Shown here: in pieces, positions 14,011 to 27,534 of the stretch | Position numbering within the stretch: position 1 is the stretch's first letter | How the letters are laid out: each line of letters opens with the position of its first letter | Assembly: GCA_951406725.2 (NCBI GenBank) | Contig: OX597822.1 | Location: 28,768,001 to 28,832,000, forward strand | DNA: 64,000 nt | Direction of reading: 5' to 3' | Origin: Octopus vulgaris | Lineage: Eukaryota | Translations under genes and position numbers: made by a program | Notes under the pieces: model-generated | What the model was told of the DNA's origin: nothing | The model's input: only the letters and a program-made list of their open reading frames with translations | Databases searched by the model: none

Positions 14011-14100
14011 AATTGGCTGAAGAGCACTCGGCATCTTAAATCTGCTGCAATACTTATAGCTTTTAATAAAATGTTGTAGTGCGAAACATTTGTACAAAAT
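14011..14100 (+). ncRNA. Type I hammerhead motif in a PLE pLTR-like remnant (stem I partly degenerate)
   Basis: AATTGG-CTGAAGA-GCACT[~49 nt]AGTGC-GAAA-CATTTG-TA-CAAAAT. It is followed by ATTCTTGTTGCTT, as in the 25.5 and 53.9 kb HHR family. Confidence 0.65.
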
Positions 14101-14128
14101 CACCGGAGTCATTCTTGTTGCTTATTTT

Positions 14129-14226
<98 letters not shown>

Positions 14227-14344
14227 CTTTATTTAAAGCAGCAGAAAATTCAAATTTTCTGCTGCTGTAAATTATGCATATTACTCTACCACTGGTATTT
14301 GAGTACTCTTTTTTCCACCTTGTTTCACATTTATGTGTTTACTC

Positions 14345-14389
<45 letters not shown>

Positions 14390-14393
<4 letters not shown>

Positions 14394-15595
14394 GTTGAAA
14401 ACCCTATTCACAGGCCTCTCCGGTGGTCTCTACCGCGATGATGGCCTTTTTGCCCTCCACAAAATAAACCCCAGGACCACGGATGGGTTCCGGAAAAACC
14501 TTTACACTTTTTTTAAAAACTTAGGCCTTAGGATTACCTTAGATTCGAACTTAACCAAAGCTAACTTCCTTGGCGTTACCCTCGATTTAGAAACCCAATG
14601 AATCCCTTAGATACATAGACATTAATTCTAACCACCCCAAAAATATATTAGACAACCTAGTGAAAAGTGTCTCCATTAGGATATCTAGCCTCTCTGCCTC
14701 CGAGGATATCTTTAATGCCGCAGCCCCCTATTACAACGAGGCCCTGGCCCGCAGTGGCTTTAGAGATAAGATCACCTATATTAGCATAGCCCCACGCCCA
14801 CCCAAGAATAATATGCGAAGACACATTAGCTGGTACCACCCCCCTTCAACCGTGAAGTTTCAACACCCGTAGCTAAAATTTTCTTCACTCTCTTACAAAA
14901 ACACTTCCCCACCCAACATAAGTACTATACAATCCTTAATAAGAACACCATTAGACTCTCCTACTCCACCACACCCAATCTAGCTAGGAACCTAGCCAAC
15001 AACAACGTCAAAAAACTTAATAAATCTACTTTTTCCGCAGCCCATCCAGCATCCGACAGCAACTGCAATTGCAACTGCCCTGATAAGACTACTTGCCCCC
15101 TCAACAACAACTGCCTACAGAAAGATCTCGTCTACATATGCGATGTACGATTAGGCCCCGATGATAAAAGAAAATCGTACATCGGAATGACCTCAAATAG
15201 TTTTAAGACTCGCTGGTACGCCACACACATTCGTTCCGGCGACCTGACAAATCTAACCAGACCACTCTCGCCGCCCATATCTGGCACCTTAAAAGGAACT
15301 CCATCCCCTTCAAGATCAAGTGGAGACTACTCCAGAGAGCGCGTTCTTACACGGGAGGCCATACTTGCTGTGACCTTTGTATTTCTGAGAGCTTGGAGAT
15401 CTTATTCGCCAAAGGCCCTCTCCTCAACAAGATCTCGGAACACTCCTCAAACTGTATGCACAAAATCTATGCAAACTACAAAAATTACAGACCCACCCGG
15501 CCACCCGATTGACGACACCCCACCCACAAAACCCCCCACCCCCCACCACACCACCGTTCCTTCATCACCCCCAATTACCTTCTCTCCAAAGACTA
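14390..15595 (+). mobile_element. Degraded Penelope-like element (RT C-terminus plus C-terminal GIY-YIG; Hydra-type Cys pattern)
   Basis: Peptides GLYRDDGL, NFLGVTLDL, SNHP, RRHISWYHPP, IRLSYSTTPNL, CNCPDKTTCPLNNNC, LVYIC...YIGMTSNSFKTRWY and CDLC, with several frameshifts. The 5' end lies in (TA)n. Confidence 0.85.
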
Positions 15596-15943
15596 TATAC
15601 ATATGTATATATGCACATATGATTGATTGATTGATTGATTCTAGTTTCAGCTTATGAGCTGTGGCCATGCTGGGGCACCGCCATTTGGTGTTGCTACCTG
15701 GTTTCACTTCATGGAGGCTTTCTAGCAACTGCTATTTGGTGCATGAGAGAGTTCGATGCAGCTGCCCTCATCTGCCCCTCCTGCCGTGAAGTTGGTTCAT
15801 CTGGGACACCTGACAGATGTATATATGTGCATATATATGTATGTGTGCATGTGTATATGTACATATGTATGTGTATGTGTGTATATGTGTGCATGTGTAT
15901 ATATGTGCATATGTATGTATACGCGTGTATATATATATGTATA

Positions 15944-15985
<42 letters not shown>

Positions 15986-16347
15986 CAACAATTGAGGGTA
16001 AAATTAATTAATTAATTATTTATCAATTTCACCAAGTGTTCAGTATGTAAAGGGACCATTTAAGGCGAATTTAAATTATTACATTATATAAAAGGGCTTA
16101 GTAAAATAAATTACTTTGCCACATACTGAACTCATTAGAAATAGTAGCTAAAAAAAAACTTTTACCGAAAAAGCATAGTGTTTACTGATTTTAACCTACG
16201 CTGGTGGAAAGGGGAGAGCAGAAATTCTTCGCTTGCATATTTTGGGTGTGCTGGCACTGTTAGTTTCGAGCAGATCTTCAGAAGCGATAAGAAGCCGAAA
16301 GGGTATGCTCCCACTTTCAGTGTTTTCAAATCCAAACCAAGGAGTTC

Positions 16348-16400
16348 TGAGCTGATGATAGAAATGTCGAGTTTGACTAATCTTGAAACGTACGTTCTCA
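16348..16400 (+). ncRNA. Type I hammerhead ribozyme motif, array unit 1
   Basis: TGAG-CTGATGA-TAGAAATGTC-GAGTTT-GACTAATCTT-GAAA-CGTACG-TT-CTCA. Palindromic stem III, GUU triplet. Confidence 0.75.
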
Positions 16401-16910
16401 AATAACCTTTGCATTTGATTTTTTAATGTCTTTACCCCCATACTTATCGTGAGTTGAATTGAGCAAACACTACATGAGAGAGATTTTCTTTAAGTATTAG
16501 AAATAGTTTTAAAAAGTTTTTTTAGCTACATTTCTAATGAGTTCAGTATGTGGCAAAGTAATTTATTTTACTAAGCCCTTTTATATAATGTAATAATTTA
16601 AATTCGCCTTAAATGGTCCCTTTACATACTGAACACTTGGTGAAATTGATTAAAAATTAATTAATTAATTTTACCCTCAATTGTTGAAATTATAATTCAT
16701 CTCTCTCTATTTAATGTTTCGGATTTACCGAAAAAGCATAGTGTTTACTGATTTTAACCCACGCTGGTGGAAAGGGGAGAGCAGAAATTCTTCGCTTGCA
16801 TATTTTGGGTGTGCTGGCACTGTTAGTTTCGAGCAGATCTTCAGAAGCGATAAGAAGCCGAAAGGGTATGCTCCCACTTTCAGTGTTTTCAAATCCAAAC
16901 CAAGGAGTTC

Positions 16911-16963
16911 TGAGCTGATGATAGAAATGTCGAGTTTGACTAATCTTGAAACGTACGTTCTCA
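16911..16963 (+). ncRNA. Type I hammerhead ribozyme motif, array unit 2
   Basis: Identical to 16348-16400. Confidence 0.75.
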
Positions 16964-17473
16964 AATAACCTTTGCATTTGATTTTTTAATGTCTTTACCC
17001 CCATACTTTCGTGAGTTGAATTGAGCAAACACTATATGAGAGAGATTTTCTTTAAGTATTAGAAATAGTTTTAAAAAGTTTTTTTAGCTACTATTTCTAA
17101 TGAGTTCAGTATGTGGCAAAGTAATTTATTTTACTAAGCCCTTTTATATAATGTAATAATTTAAATTCGCCTTAAATGGTCCCTTTACATACTGAACACT
17201 TGGTGAAATTGATTAATAATTAATTAATTAATTTTACCCTCAATTGTTGAAATTATAATTCATCTCTCTCTATTTAATGTTTCGGATTTACCGAAAAAGC
17301 ATAGTGTTTACTGATTTTAACCCACGCTGGTGGAAAGGGGAGAGCAGAAATTCTTCGCTTGCATATTTTGGGTGTGCTGGCACTGTTAGTTTCGAGCAGA
17401 TCTTCAGAAGCGATAAGAAGCCGAAAGGGTATGCTCCCACTTTCAGTATTTTCAAATCCAAACCAAGGAGTTC

Positions 17474-17526
17474 TGAGCTGATGATAGAAATGTCGAGTTT
17501 GACTAATCTTGAAACGTACGTTCTCA
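17474..17526 (+). ncRNA. Type I hammerhead ribozyme motif, array unit 3
   Basis: Identical to 16348-16400. Confidence 0.75.
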
Positions 17527-18292
17527 AATAACCTTTGCATTTGATTTTTTAATGTCTTTACCCCCATACTTTCGTGAGTTGAATTGAGCAAACACTATAT
17601 GAGAGAGATTTTCTTTAAGTATTAGAAATAGTTTTAAAAAAGTTTTTTTTAGCTACTATTTCTAATGAGTTCAGTATGTGGCAAAGTAATTTATTTTACT
17701 AAGCCCTTTTATATAATATATATATATATATATATACATAGTGATAAATAAAAATATGTGCATACATACAAACATATATGTACGTACCTACATCTACATG
17801 TATATATACATGCATATATAAATAATTATACGTGAGTACAGGACACCACAATAAGACGTAGAAACGTTCCACCTCTTGGTTCCTGTTATTTTTATATTAT
17901 TATTATATATATATATACATATGTTTGTATGCGTGTGTATGTATTTATGTATGTATGTGTGTACATGTGTATATATTTATATGTATGTATATGTATATGT
18001 ATATGTTTATGTATGTATATATATATGCATATATGTGTATTTATATGTGTGTATGTATGTATGTATGTATATGTGTATATGTGTATATATATATGCATGT
18101 ATGTATTTATGTATATATATATGTGTGTGTGTATGTGTATATGCTTGTATATGTTTATGTATGCGTATGTGTATTTATATTTACATGCGTATTTGTATAT
18201 AAATGTATGTGTGTATGCATGTATATATTTGTGTATGGATGTATGTATATATATATATACTTTATTTTAAGCAGCAGAAAATTCAACAAAAT

Positions 18293-18330
18293 CTGTTACT
18301 CTGAGTTTCTCGTTGCCGTTCATCAGACAG
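18293..18330 (-). ncRNA. Minimal type I hammerhead ribozyme motif
   Basis: Reverse complement CTGT-CTGATGA-ACG-GCAA-CGA-GAAA-CTCAGAG-TA-ACAG. 4-bp stem I, GNRA-capped mini stem II, GUA triplet. Confidence 0.75.
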
Positions 18331-18487
18331 TTTTTGCTAGAATGGAACTTATATATTAATTCAATCTATTACTCTTACAAACGCTACACCTTTAAAAAGA
18401 AATGGACTTAAAATAAAGCATATTACTCTACCACTGGTATTTGAGTACTCTTTTTTCCACCTTGTTTCACATTTATGTGTTTACTCC

Positions 18488-18522
<35 letters not shown>

Positions 18523-18919
18523 ACATGTACATTTATGTATGGGTATATATATATGTGTATATGTGTAGATGTGTATATGTATGTACGTGTATGTATGTGT
18601 ATGTATGTGCATGTATGTATATGTGTGTATGTATGTATGTATATGCATGTGTGTATTTATATATGCATATATGTATTTATATGCGTATATATACTTATAT
18701 ATGCGTATATATATTTATATACACATATGTTTTTATATGTGCATTTGTGTTTATATATGCGTGTATATATTTATGTGTGTGTTTGTGTGTACGTATGTAT
18801 ATTTATGTATGTGTTTATATATGCATAATTATTTATATGTTTATTTGTACATGGGTATATTTATGTATGTATACTTATATGTATTTGTATATATATATAT
18901 ATGTGCGTGTGTGTGTATG

Positions 18920-18986
<67 letters not shown>

Positions 18987-19430
18987 ATATATATATATGT
19001 ATGTATGTGTATGTATGTATATGTATGTGCGTATGTATGTATACATATGTATATTCGCATGTGTATGTATGTGTGTTTGTATGTATATTTATTTTATATG
19101 TTTTTTCATGTATATTTATCTATTCCCTCCACCTAACAATAACAAACTGCCTACCTCTTCTTGACCACCAAAAAGCAATTGTCTTCTAATTTACCTAAAA
19201 TCCCATCCCATATATCTGTTTCTATTCATTTATTCTATTTATTCATTTATTTATTTTCTCACTGTTTCTTCTCTTTTCACAAAACACTCTGGCCTTTTGA
19301 CCACTCCCCTAAGAACAATAGCTTGTGCCCTGTTTATGTCCTAAATACCAACCTACCCAAAAAACGTCCCCCACCACCACTCCATTAAATCTGCCTAAAT
19401 GCATAAATACCAGAACTTATTTTGACAGCC

Positions 19431-19481
19431 AGCTTCCTGAAGATTTCATCTGAATGAAACAGTTCTAGTCCTGTAGAAGCT
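19431..19481 (+). ncRNA. Canonical type I hammerhead ribozyme motif
   Basis: AGCTTC-CTGAAGA-TTTCATCTGAAT-GAAA-CAG-TTCTAGTC-CTG-TA-GAAGCT. 6-bp stem I, self-contained stem III, GUA triplet. Confidence 0.82.
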
Positions 19482-19563
19482 CCTTCTATAAAATAAATTA
19501 CTTTACTCTGCTATGTATTGAGTACCTTATTTACTGTGGTTAACCCCGACTCAACCCGGGACC

Positions 19564-19599
<36 letters not shown>

Positions 19600-19857
19600 C
19601 ACACACACTCATGAATACATGCACACGCAGAAGTAAATATCGTAAAATGTGCAATGGCTCACACGCGTTCAACGAGAACGAAAATAACATCTTTCAAGTT
19701 GGAACAACCAGTCACGGGTATAGTAACCGGTTCCCTCTAATATGTATATAATACAATTTAACTGAACCTTCAGTCTTTTTTATATGCTAGAGCACTGGTG
19801 TGAAATCGATGTTAATTAAATTAATATCTAATTTCTCACCCTCATTTTCAATTTAAA

Positions 19858-19917
<60 letters not shown>

Positions 19918-20023
19918 CCTGCTCGCTTAGCCAGCGGGGTGGCGTCATTCGAAGGCTAAAACAATGCGAACGCATTGTGACCAGCGATGTGTAACAACAG
20001 CTGATGGTCTGGTCGGTCACGTG

Positions 20024-20112
<89 letters not shown>

Positions 20113-20564
20113 AGGCGATTACTAGTATTTTAGTATTTTGAAAGGGATCGTCTGAAAATAGTGGAAGCTTCTTCGTATCCTCGTTAATCCTGAAATAATG
20201 TGTATATATTCATGCAGAGATAACCCGTCGTTCGATGTACCACCATCATCAGACTTCATCGGCGTCCAATCTATTACGAGCCAAATTTTCGGCTACACTA
20301 TGTCGTGTCCCTTTGCATATGTCAGAATAAAAAGATAATATATACACGCTAAGACACACACACACATACACACACACACACATGCACGCACACGCACACA
20401 TACACACATGCTGTGGTTTGCTTTAACCGTATGCGTATGGGGAATTGTTGAACGCGTGTGAGCGCGCGTTGAACGCGTGTGAGCCATTGCACATTTTACG
20501 ATATTTACTTCTGCGGTGCATGAATTCATGTATGTTTGTGTGTGTGTGTGTGTAAATATATATG

Positions 20565-20621
<57 letters not shown>

Positions 20622-21121
20622 ACGCATGTGTTCATTTTATGTGTGTGTATATATACATACGTATATATGTATATAGATATATTTATATATACATGCATAT
20701 ACATATTTATATATACATGCATATACATACACTTCTACTTTATGTCGTAAATCTTAAGTACAAAACAAATGTATTCAATACATCTTCCTGTTAATCTTAT
20801 AAAGATGAGGATTTTATATGTGTGTGTATGTTGGTACTTATGTGCATTTGTACGTGTGTATATTTGTGTATTTTATATGTGTGTATGTATATTAAGCGTA
20901 GTGCAACAGCTTCTTCACTGTATGTTCCACGTGCATATATAATCCTATTCTATACTAAAACAAATAAGGCAATAATGCACGAATTCGATAATTGAAGGTA
21001 TTGTCTTTCTACGACAGTAGATTATTGTATACAAATGACTCCCTTGCATCATGTTATTACTCAACCTTTAATACGTCTATTCTCAATACCTACTAGACAC
21101 ACTGCAATTCGATATTTATTG

Positions 21122-21182
<61 letters not shown>

Positions 21183-21249
21183 TAACTTCATATATGTTTC
21201 TCTTACGCTATATCTTATGCTTCTATTATTTTTTGTATTAGTAGCATTA

Positions 21250-21507
21250 ATGAGCCAATCATTTTATCACTAGCCGTTTTCTGAAAGAAAACAATTGATA
21301 ATTTTGGAGGAAAAAGAATTGAAAAGATCGAGGGCGCATTTTCATAATAACTGACAAAAAACAGCAAAATGGCAGCCCCAGATGCATGATGTTATTCGTC
21401 AAGATGTCTGCTAAGTAAACAGTGATATTTTGATGATATCCAAATTAATGAGGGGAATAACGAACAAAAATTCAACAATTTGAACTTTGAAATAAAATCT
21501 GGTAAGT
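21250..21507 (+). promoter_or_regulatory. Candidate promoter / upstream exon ending at a splice donor (CTG|GTAAGT), possibly of the GPCR
   Basis: Non-repetitive island with AGCCAATCA (CCAAT box, about 21253) and a consensus donor at 21502. Clearly homologous to 58900-59230, including the donor. Confidence 0.4.
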
Positions 21508-21804
21508 CTTCTTAATTGTTTCTTCTTCATCACATTCTTCCTAGAGATACCAGTGTGTAACGAAGCTTATCCAAGATATATTCTTTCTTGTTTGGGAATG
21601 AGATTCCAATCTATCACAAGAGACCCAACAATAATTGCTGTTACTATTTTAAGCTTTCTCAGTTCAAACCATTTTAACAAACATAATATTTTGCTAAACG
21701 ATTACTAATGTTTTCTTTTGATTCTAGTATACTGCTTAAACTCTACTGATTACATATAGAATAACACTTAACTAATAAATCAAGCTAGTTCCAAAATTAT
21801 ATAT

Positions 21805-21870
<66 letters not shown>

Positions 21871-22017
21871 AAAAGCAATAAAGATTCAAGTTAGTTTAAA
21901 TGAATTTACTTGAATATGGTACCTAACTTAGATGCACCAAAAAAAACTATACTGATTTAACAATACAGTAATGTGGGGTGATTATAAGCGAGAATGAAGC
22001 AACAAGAATGGATAGGT

Positions 22018-22108
22018 TTTTAGTACAATCGTTTCATACAAGGACAGGTTTTATTAAAAGTTGCAAAAATTACAGCATATAAACGTGTCCCGTACTCATC
22101 AGCTAAAA
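22018..22108 (-). ncRNA. Type I hammerhead motif in a PLE 3' terminus
   Basis: Reverse complement of 25498-25588. Confidence 0.78.
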
Positions 22109-25100
22109 TACATGTGAGTTCTCTAGACATCCTAGTGGTTGAGGCTATACTCATGAAGTAATGTAGATAATTAAGTAACATAAACAGATTTCAAAAGTTC
22201 ATTAAAGTTCTTTAAAGATGATGTACAGTCTTATCACAGAATTTTAAAAAAAGTCTTAATAGCATCACAGAGAAGGTGACCCAATCCATAGTGCACATAT
22301 GAATTTCCAGAGATATGATGAGGGATTACATACTCACAGAAGGCAAATTTATCCATTGTTAATTACAACGAGGTGGGTTTCAATTCCTGCTTATTAGCAT
22401 TACAGAGAGGGTGAATTAATCCTTTGTATAGATGCACAATTTCCAATGGTGTAGGTGTAAATTTCCAAGGAATTTCATATTCACAGGCGATAAATTTATC
22501 AATGGTTGAACACAATGAGGTAGGTATCAATTCTTGCTATATGATTAGGTATTTGCCACATTAATCACATTACTGCTATTTACAAGAGGTTGTAGCTATT
22601 TAACTTTTAAAGGCTGAAGGGCTTACTAGAGCTGTATAGAATAGAAAAGGGAAGGGCATAGAAGAAAAGAGAGAAAATAAAAGAGAGAAAATAAAAGAGG
22701 AGGGAGTAAAAAGGGGGGAAAGGGGGACTCAAAGAGAAGAGAAAAGGAAAAAGAGAATAAGAAGAAGAAAAAGAAAAAAGAGAAAAGAGAAAGAAAAGAG
22801 AAAGAAATAGGGAAGGAAGGGAAAAAAAGAAAAAGAAGAAAAAAGAAAAAAAGAAAAAAAGAAAAAGAAGAAAGAAGAAAGAAAAAGAAAAAAAGGGTTC
22901 TAGTTATACAGAAGAATTAGTAGACGACAAGTCTGGTTTTAGTTTACAGGCATCTAGGAATTAGAGGAGAATATTATTCTTTGACCAGTTAAAACAGTTA
23001 ATTTATTGCTGTTGAAATCAGCTATGAATTTAAAGAGAATCTAAAGAGATAACACAGTTAGGGGTTTCGGGGTCAGATGCTAAAATCACCAGAAAATACA
23101 TTAGGGAAAACTAGGTATAATCTTATCAAAAAGTCATCAAAATTTACTTATTTAATTTATTCATTTTATTGTCTTAAGGAGTTGCCGTTATTATTCATAC
23201 ATTGACGGACTACAGGTCAAATCTTAGAAGATCATTTAAGAGGTGTTAGGGGATTGTCTATCATAATGAAGATAATCATATTATCACCGAGGGAATAGTC
23301 TCATTTATTTAATTTTGAAATAGAATTATGGGTCTATAGTAACCCAATTTAATTAATTAGAGTTATGCTAATTAAATTAGATTAAGTTAGGAACTAAAAT
23401 TAAAAATTACAATTAAGATTTAAAATTAAGAATTTAAAAATTTAAAAATTGTGAGTTTGAAATTAAATAAAGCCTCAATCAAGCAGCGAATAAGTGCTAT
23501 TCATTTCCCTGTTCTCAAAAAACTGATGCAGATATAGGAAAAAGATAACTGTAGTGTGAGAACTCTTAGTTATCTACTTAAAGCAGTGCTATACCAGTAG
23601 AAATCAGGTTATATCTATCTATCTAGTTACGAATATTCTAATCATTTAAAATATTTTAAAGTCTTCAATTTAGCGTGGACACAAACTTGACCTAGTTCGA
23701 TATGGTTATTCAATAGGTTTCTATGTTTTCTATGCTTTAGAATTTCATATGTCTCCATGGAGCATAGTTGGCAACCAACCCTACTATTTTTATACGGAAT
23801 TGCTCTCCTAACTATTTCCCAATTAAGGTTATAATTTTTATTATTATTTTTGAGTTCCCAGATTTTGTTTGAAAGTGTGGTGGTACCAGCTTTATGACGT
23901 AATTTAAAAGTCGAGATGTGATTTCTAACTCTAGCTAAAAAATTAATTGTACATCCAATGTAAAAATATTTGTTATTCTCCGTGGATATGGTACATTTAT
24001 AGATTACATTATTTTCTCCACATAGACCAGGTGCCGGGCATTTTGATTTTATTCTACACTTACACACAGGAGGAACACCTTCAGGCTTTGGATTATTCTT
24101 GGGTAGATGTTTTAGGTTCCTATTATTTTGATTATCATTTCTATAGTTGGTGCTGATATCTAAAGTATTGCTATTATTTCTTGATCCTTCTGTTTCATTA
24201 TTTAGATCTAAAGTCCTACCATGATTTCTTATATTATTGGTAATGTTAATATTATTGCTAGTCTTTTCTCTATTTTCCTATTTCTATTATTTCTATTATT
24301 AACATTATTACTTCTACTAATATCGGCATTGCTATTATTACTATTAATGTTAATGCTATTAGTCATTCTGTGGTTACTAATTTCACCTATGTTTTGATAG
24401 TTACTATTGCTGTTTTTATTGTTGGTAGTATTATTACAATTGCTATTGGTATTCATGCTGATATTATTATTATTATTATTATTATTATTTATATTTCTAT
24501 CTTTCCTGGCTAGTTTAATGTTGTTATTATTAATCTTAGCTATTAAAGTGGACATATTTGGGAGGGTTGAATAAGAAATCCTAACTGTTTTCCTAGAAAT
24601 AATTCTATGATATCTATGAGAGATAGGGAAATTTTTTTCCAGAATCACTTTGAATTTGTTCTGTATATCCGATTGTATCGCACAGTTGAAAGGAATATTC
24701 AGCCATAATATATCTTTTTTTTCTTTTCTTTCTTCTTTCTTCTTTTTCTTTTTTTCTTTTTTTCTTTTTTCTTCTTTTTCTTTTTTCCCTTCCTTCCCTA
24801 TTTCTTTCTCTTTTCTTTCTCTTTCTCTTTTTCTTTTTCTTCTTCTTATTCTCTTTTTCCTTTTCTCTTCTCTTTGAGTCCCCCTTTCCCCCCTTTTTAC
24901 TCCCTCCTCTTTTATTTTCTCTCTTTTATTTTCTCTCTTTTCTTCTATGCCCTTCCCTTTTCTATTCTATACAGCTCTAGTAAGCCCTTCAGCCTTTAAA
25001 AGTTAAATAGCTACAACCTCTTGTAAATAGCAGTAATGTGATTAATGTGGCAAATACCTAATCATATAGCAAGAATTGATACCTACCTCATTGTGTTCAA

Positions 25101-25497
25101 CCATTGATAAATTTATCGCCTGTGAATATGAAATTCCTTGGAAATTTACACCTACACCATTGGAAATTGTGCATCTATACAAAGGATTAATTCACCCTCT
25201 CTGTAATGCTAATAAGCAGGAATTGAAACCCACCTCGTTGTAATTAACAATGGATAAATTTGCCTTCTGTGAGTATGTAATCCCTCATCATATCTCTGGA
25301 AATTCATATGTGCACTATGGATTGGGTCACCTTCTCTGTGATGCTATTAAGACTTTTTTTAAAATTCTGTGATAAGACTGTACATCATCTTTAAAGAACT
25401 TTAATGAACTTTTGAAATCTGTTTATGTTACTTAATTATCTACATTACTTCATGAGTATAGCCTCAACCACTAGGATGTCTAGAGAACTCACATGTA

Positions 25498-25588
25498 TTT
25501 TAGCTGATGAGTACGGGACACGTTTATATGCTGTAATTTTTGCAACTTTTAATAAAACCTGTCCTTGTATGAAACGATTGTACTAAAA
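25498..25588 (+). ncRNA. Type I hammerhead motif in the inverted PLE terminus
   Basis: TTTTAG-CTGATGA-GTACGGGACA...TGTCCTTGTAT-GAAA-CGATTG-TA-CTAAAA. 6-bp stem I, extended stem II. Confidence 0.78.
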
Positions 25589-25618
25589 ACCTATCCATTC
25601 TTGTTGCTTCATTCTCGC

Positions 25619-25743
<125 letters not shown>

Positions 25744-26166
25744 CTAGCAGCATAGCCCGACGTTGCCCGGGTATGTAAGAGCCCCTAGTAGGCAACGACT
25801 AATCCCAATCTAGTCCTTTCCCTCTAGGGAACGAAGGCGCATGTGTAGGTTGCAACGTCTTCACTTCACTCGAATACTTCTGTGTATACGATGTTCCTAG
25901 CTGTCCCTGTGGGCGATAAAAAGGTCGAGTTGTGTCCCCTAGACAGAAAATGTGTTGCATATAAAAAGCTTAGATTCTCGACCCCATGTCCAATTTATCG
26001 ATATTTTTCAGAACTGGGGGAACTTTTCAAAATTTTCACTGCGTTAGTTTTGAATTATGACATTGGGCTATGTGTGTGTCAAGTTTCATCAGAATCGGTT
26101 GAAAGCCGTGGTCAGGGTGAGGGTACAACCTGACAGACACACAGAAGCACACACAGACAAACTGCC

Positions 26167-26190
<24 letters not shown>
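25744..26190 (-). mobile_element. Non-autonomous Helitron-type element
   Basis: The minus-strand 3' end reads CCCGGGCAACGTCGGG-CTATGCTG-CTAG|T. The 5' part TATATAAACGGCAGTTTGTCTGTG resembles the 8735 element. Confidence 0.7.
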
Positions 26191-26208
<18 letters not shown>

Positions 26209-27259
26209 TGTCCTTGGATTGCAAATGCATCCTTTGAAATGTCATGTGATGTAGCGATCTCGAATCCAAGAGAGGCTTCGTTTCATATCAATGTTACTAT
26301 CTTTTTAAATTCTATGAGAAACATGCCCATGCATGGTCCTTTTTGTTTGTTTTTTGGGGGTTTGTTTTTTGGTATCCTGAGTGTTTCACTTCCAGGCCTT
26401 CTTTAGGGTATGATTGTCAGGCTGATTCAAGGTTGTATCAGAGGTCATCAGGAAGAGAGTAATTCCTAAGGAGTTCGCTTCCAATACGTAGGATAGTGTT
26501 TTGTTTTTTTCTTTTCACTTCTTCGTACTAAGTTAATGTTTTTATTTTTGCTACTGTTGTTTAGCAAGTGCTGTCTGAGAGAGATTATGCGACATCCGAA
26601 GGCTGTCTGCATTGATCTAAAGCCGCTTCTTTATCTCTTATTGTCGATATCACCAGTTGATGTTAGAATCTCACAGGTTTTAACGTCTAAGTATATATAC
26701 ATAGTTTAAAATTAACATCTAAAACCAATGCTCTAGTGGTGAATCAGATAAAATACATGTGAAAATATGTACAAACCATTTATTATAACATATATAATAT
26801 AATCATTTTCTTAAACGTGTTTTTTCTCTGTCTTTTTACACAGGCCGTCGAAGCAATCGGTCGTAATTCCTCTAGTCTCCACTTCAACCTGTTTTGGCTC
26901 TCTGTTGCCCTTCTGTTTCCAGACCTTCGTCTTCATCTAACCTTAAGGTTATATTCTGTTTATTTCGTTTTTGGCCCTCGTCCGTGCACTAACGGTCTCG
27001 TCTTGAATTAAATTTATTCATTTTCATATGTCCACTTCCGTATCGCTTGTTATCTATGTATTGTTTGTTTTCGGTCCCACATTCCCAGCAACTCCTGCCG
27101 GTGCCACCAGATGGGAATCATCGTTAAACACGAAATTACGTTTGATTTACTGGCCGATAACTGATGAAGAATTGGAGACCTTCTGTGTCTGCTTTCTGTT
27201 CGTTTGTGCATTTACTGTACGTTTTTAACATACATATATACATACATACATACATACAT

Positions 27260-27350
<91 letters not shown>

Positions 27351-27534
27351 TGTGTGTGTATGTATATGTATGTATATGTAGGTTATGAGAGGTAATGGTG
27401 CCAAGAAGACCCAAAGGTATCAGGTAATGCTGAGTAAGTGCTATGGACAGACTATAGTTAAGCTCCAGGAGGTTCGGTGATTATGCGAATGAGGAGTCCA
27501 ACGTAGGTCATATATTAGCATGCATATATATATA

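Larger units (their letters stand above)
15981..17716 (+). repeat. 563-bp head-to-tail array (about 2.8 units, 16161-17716) plus an inverted 180-bp segment (15981-16160); one HHR per unit; retrozyme-like
   Basis: The period is exactly 563 bp (HHR starts at 16348, 16911 and 17474; ORFs at 16711/17274). 15981-16160 is the reverse complement of about 16515-16691. (TA)n flanks both ends. Confidence 0.9.

Noticed and set aside
16162-17591. 75-105-aa ORFs in the 563-bp repeat
   Set aside because: They have no recognisable domain, and the homologous monomer at 59.6-60.15 kb has a stop and indels in these frames.
16161-17716. CRISPR-like array
   Set aside because: The units are long and identical with no unique spacers, the context is eukaryotic, and there are no cas genes.
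27150-27190. GCC.A.AACTGATGAAG half-core (also minus strand near 44110-44130)
   Set aside because: No matching GAAA/UH half was found. It may be a decayed or split motif, but this is unsupported.
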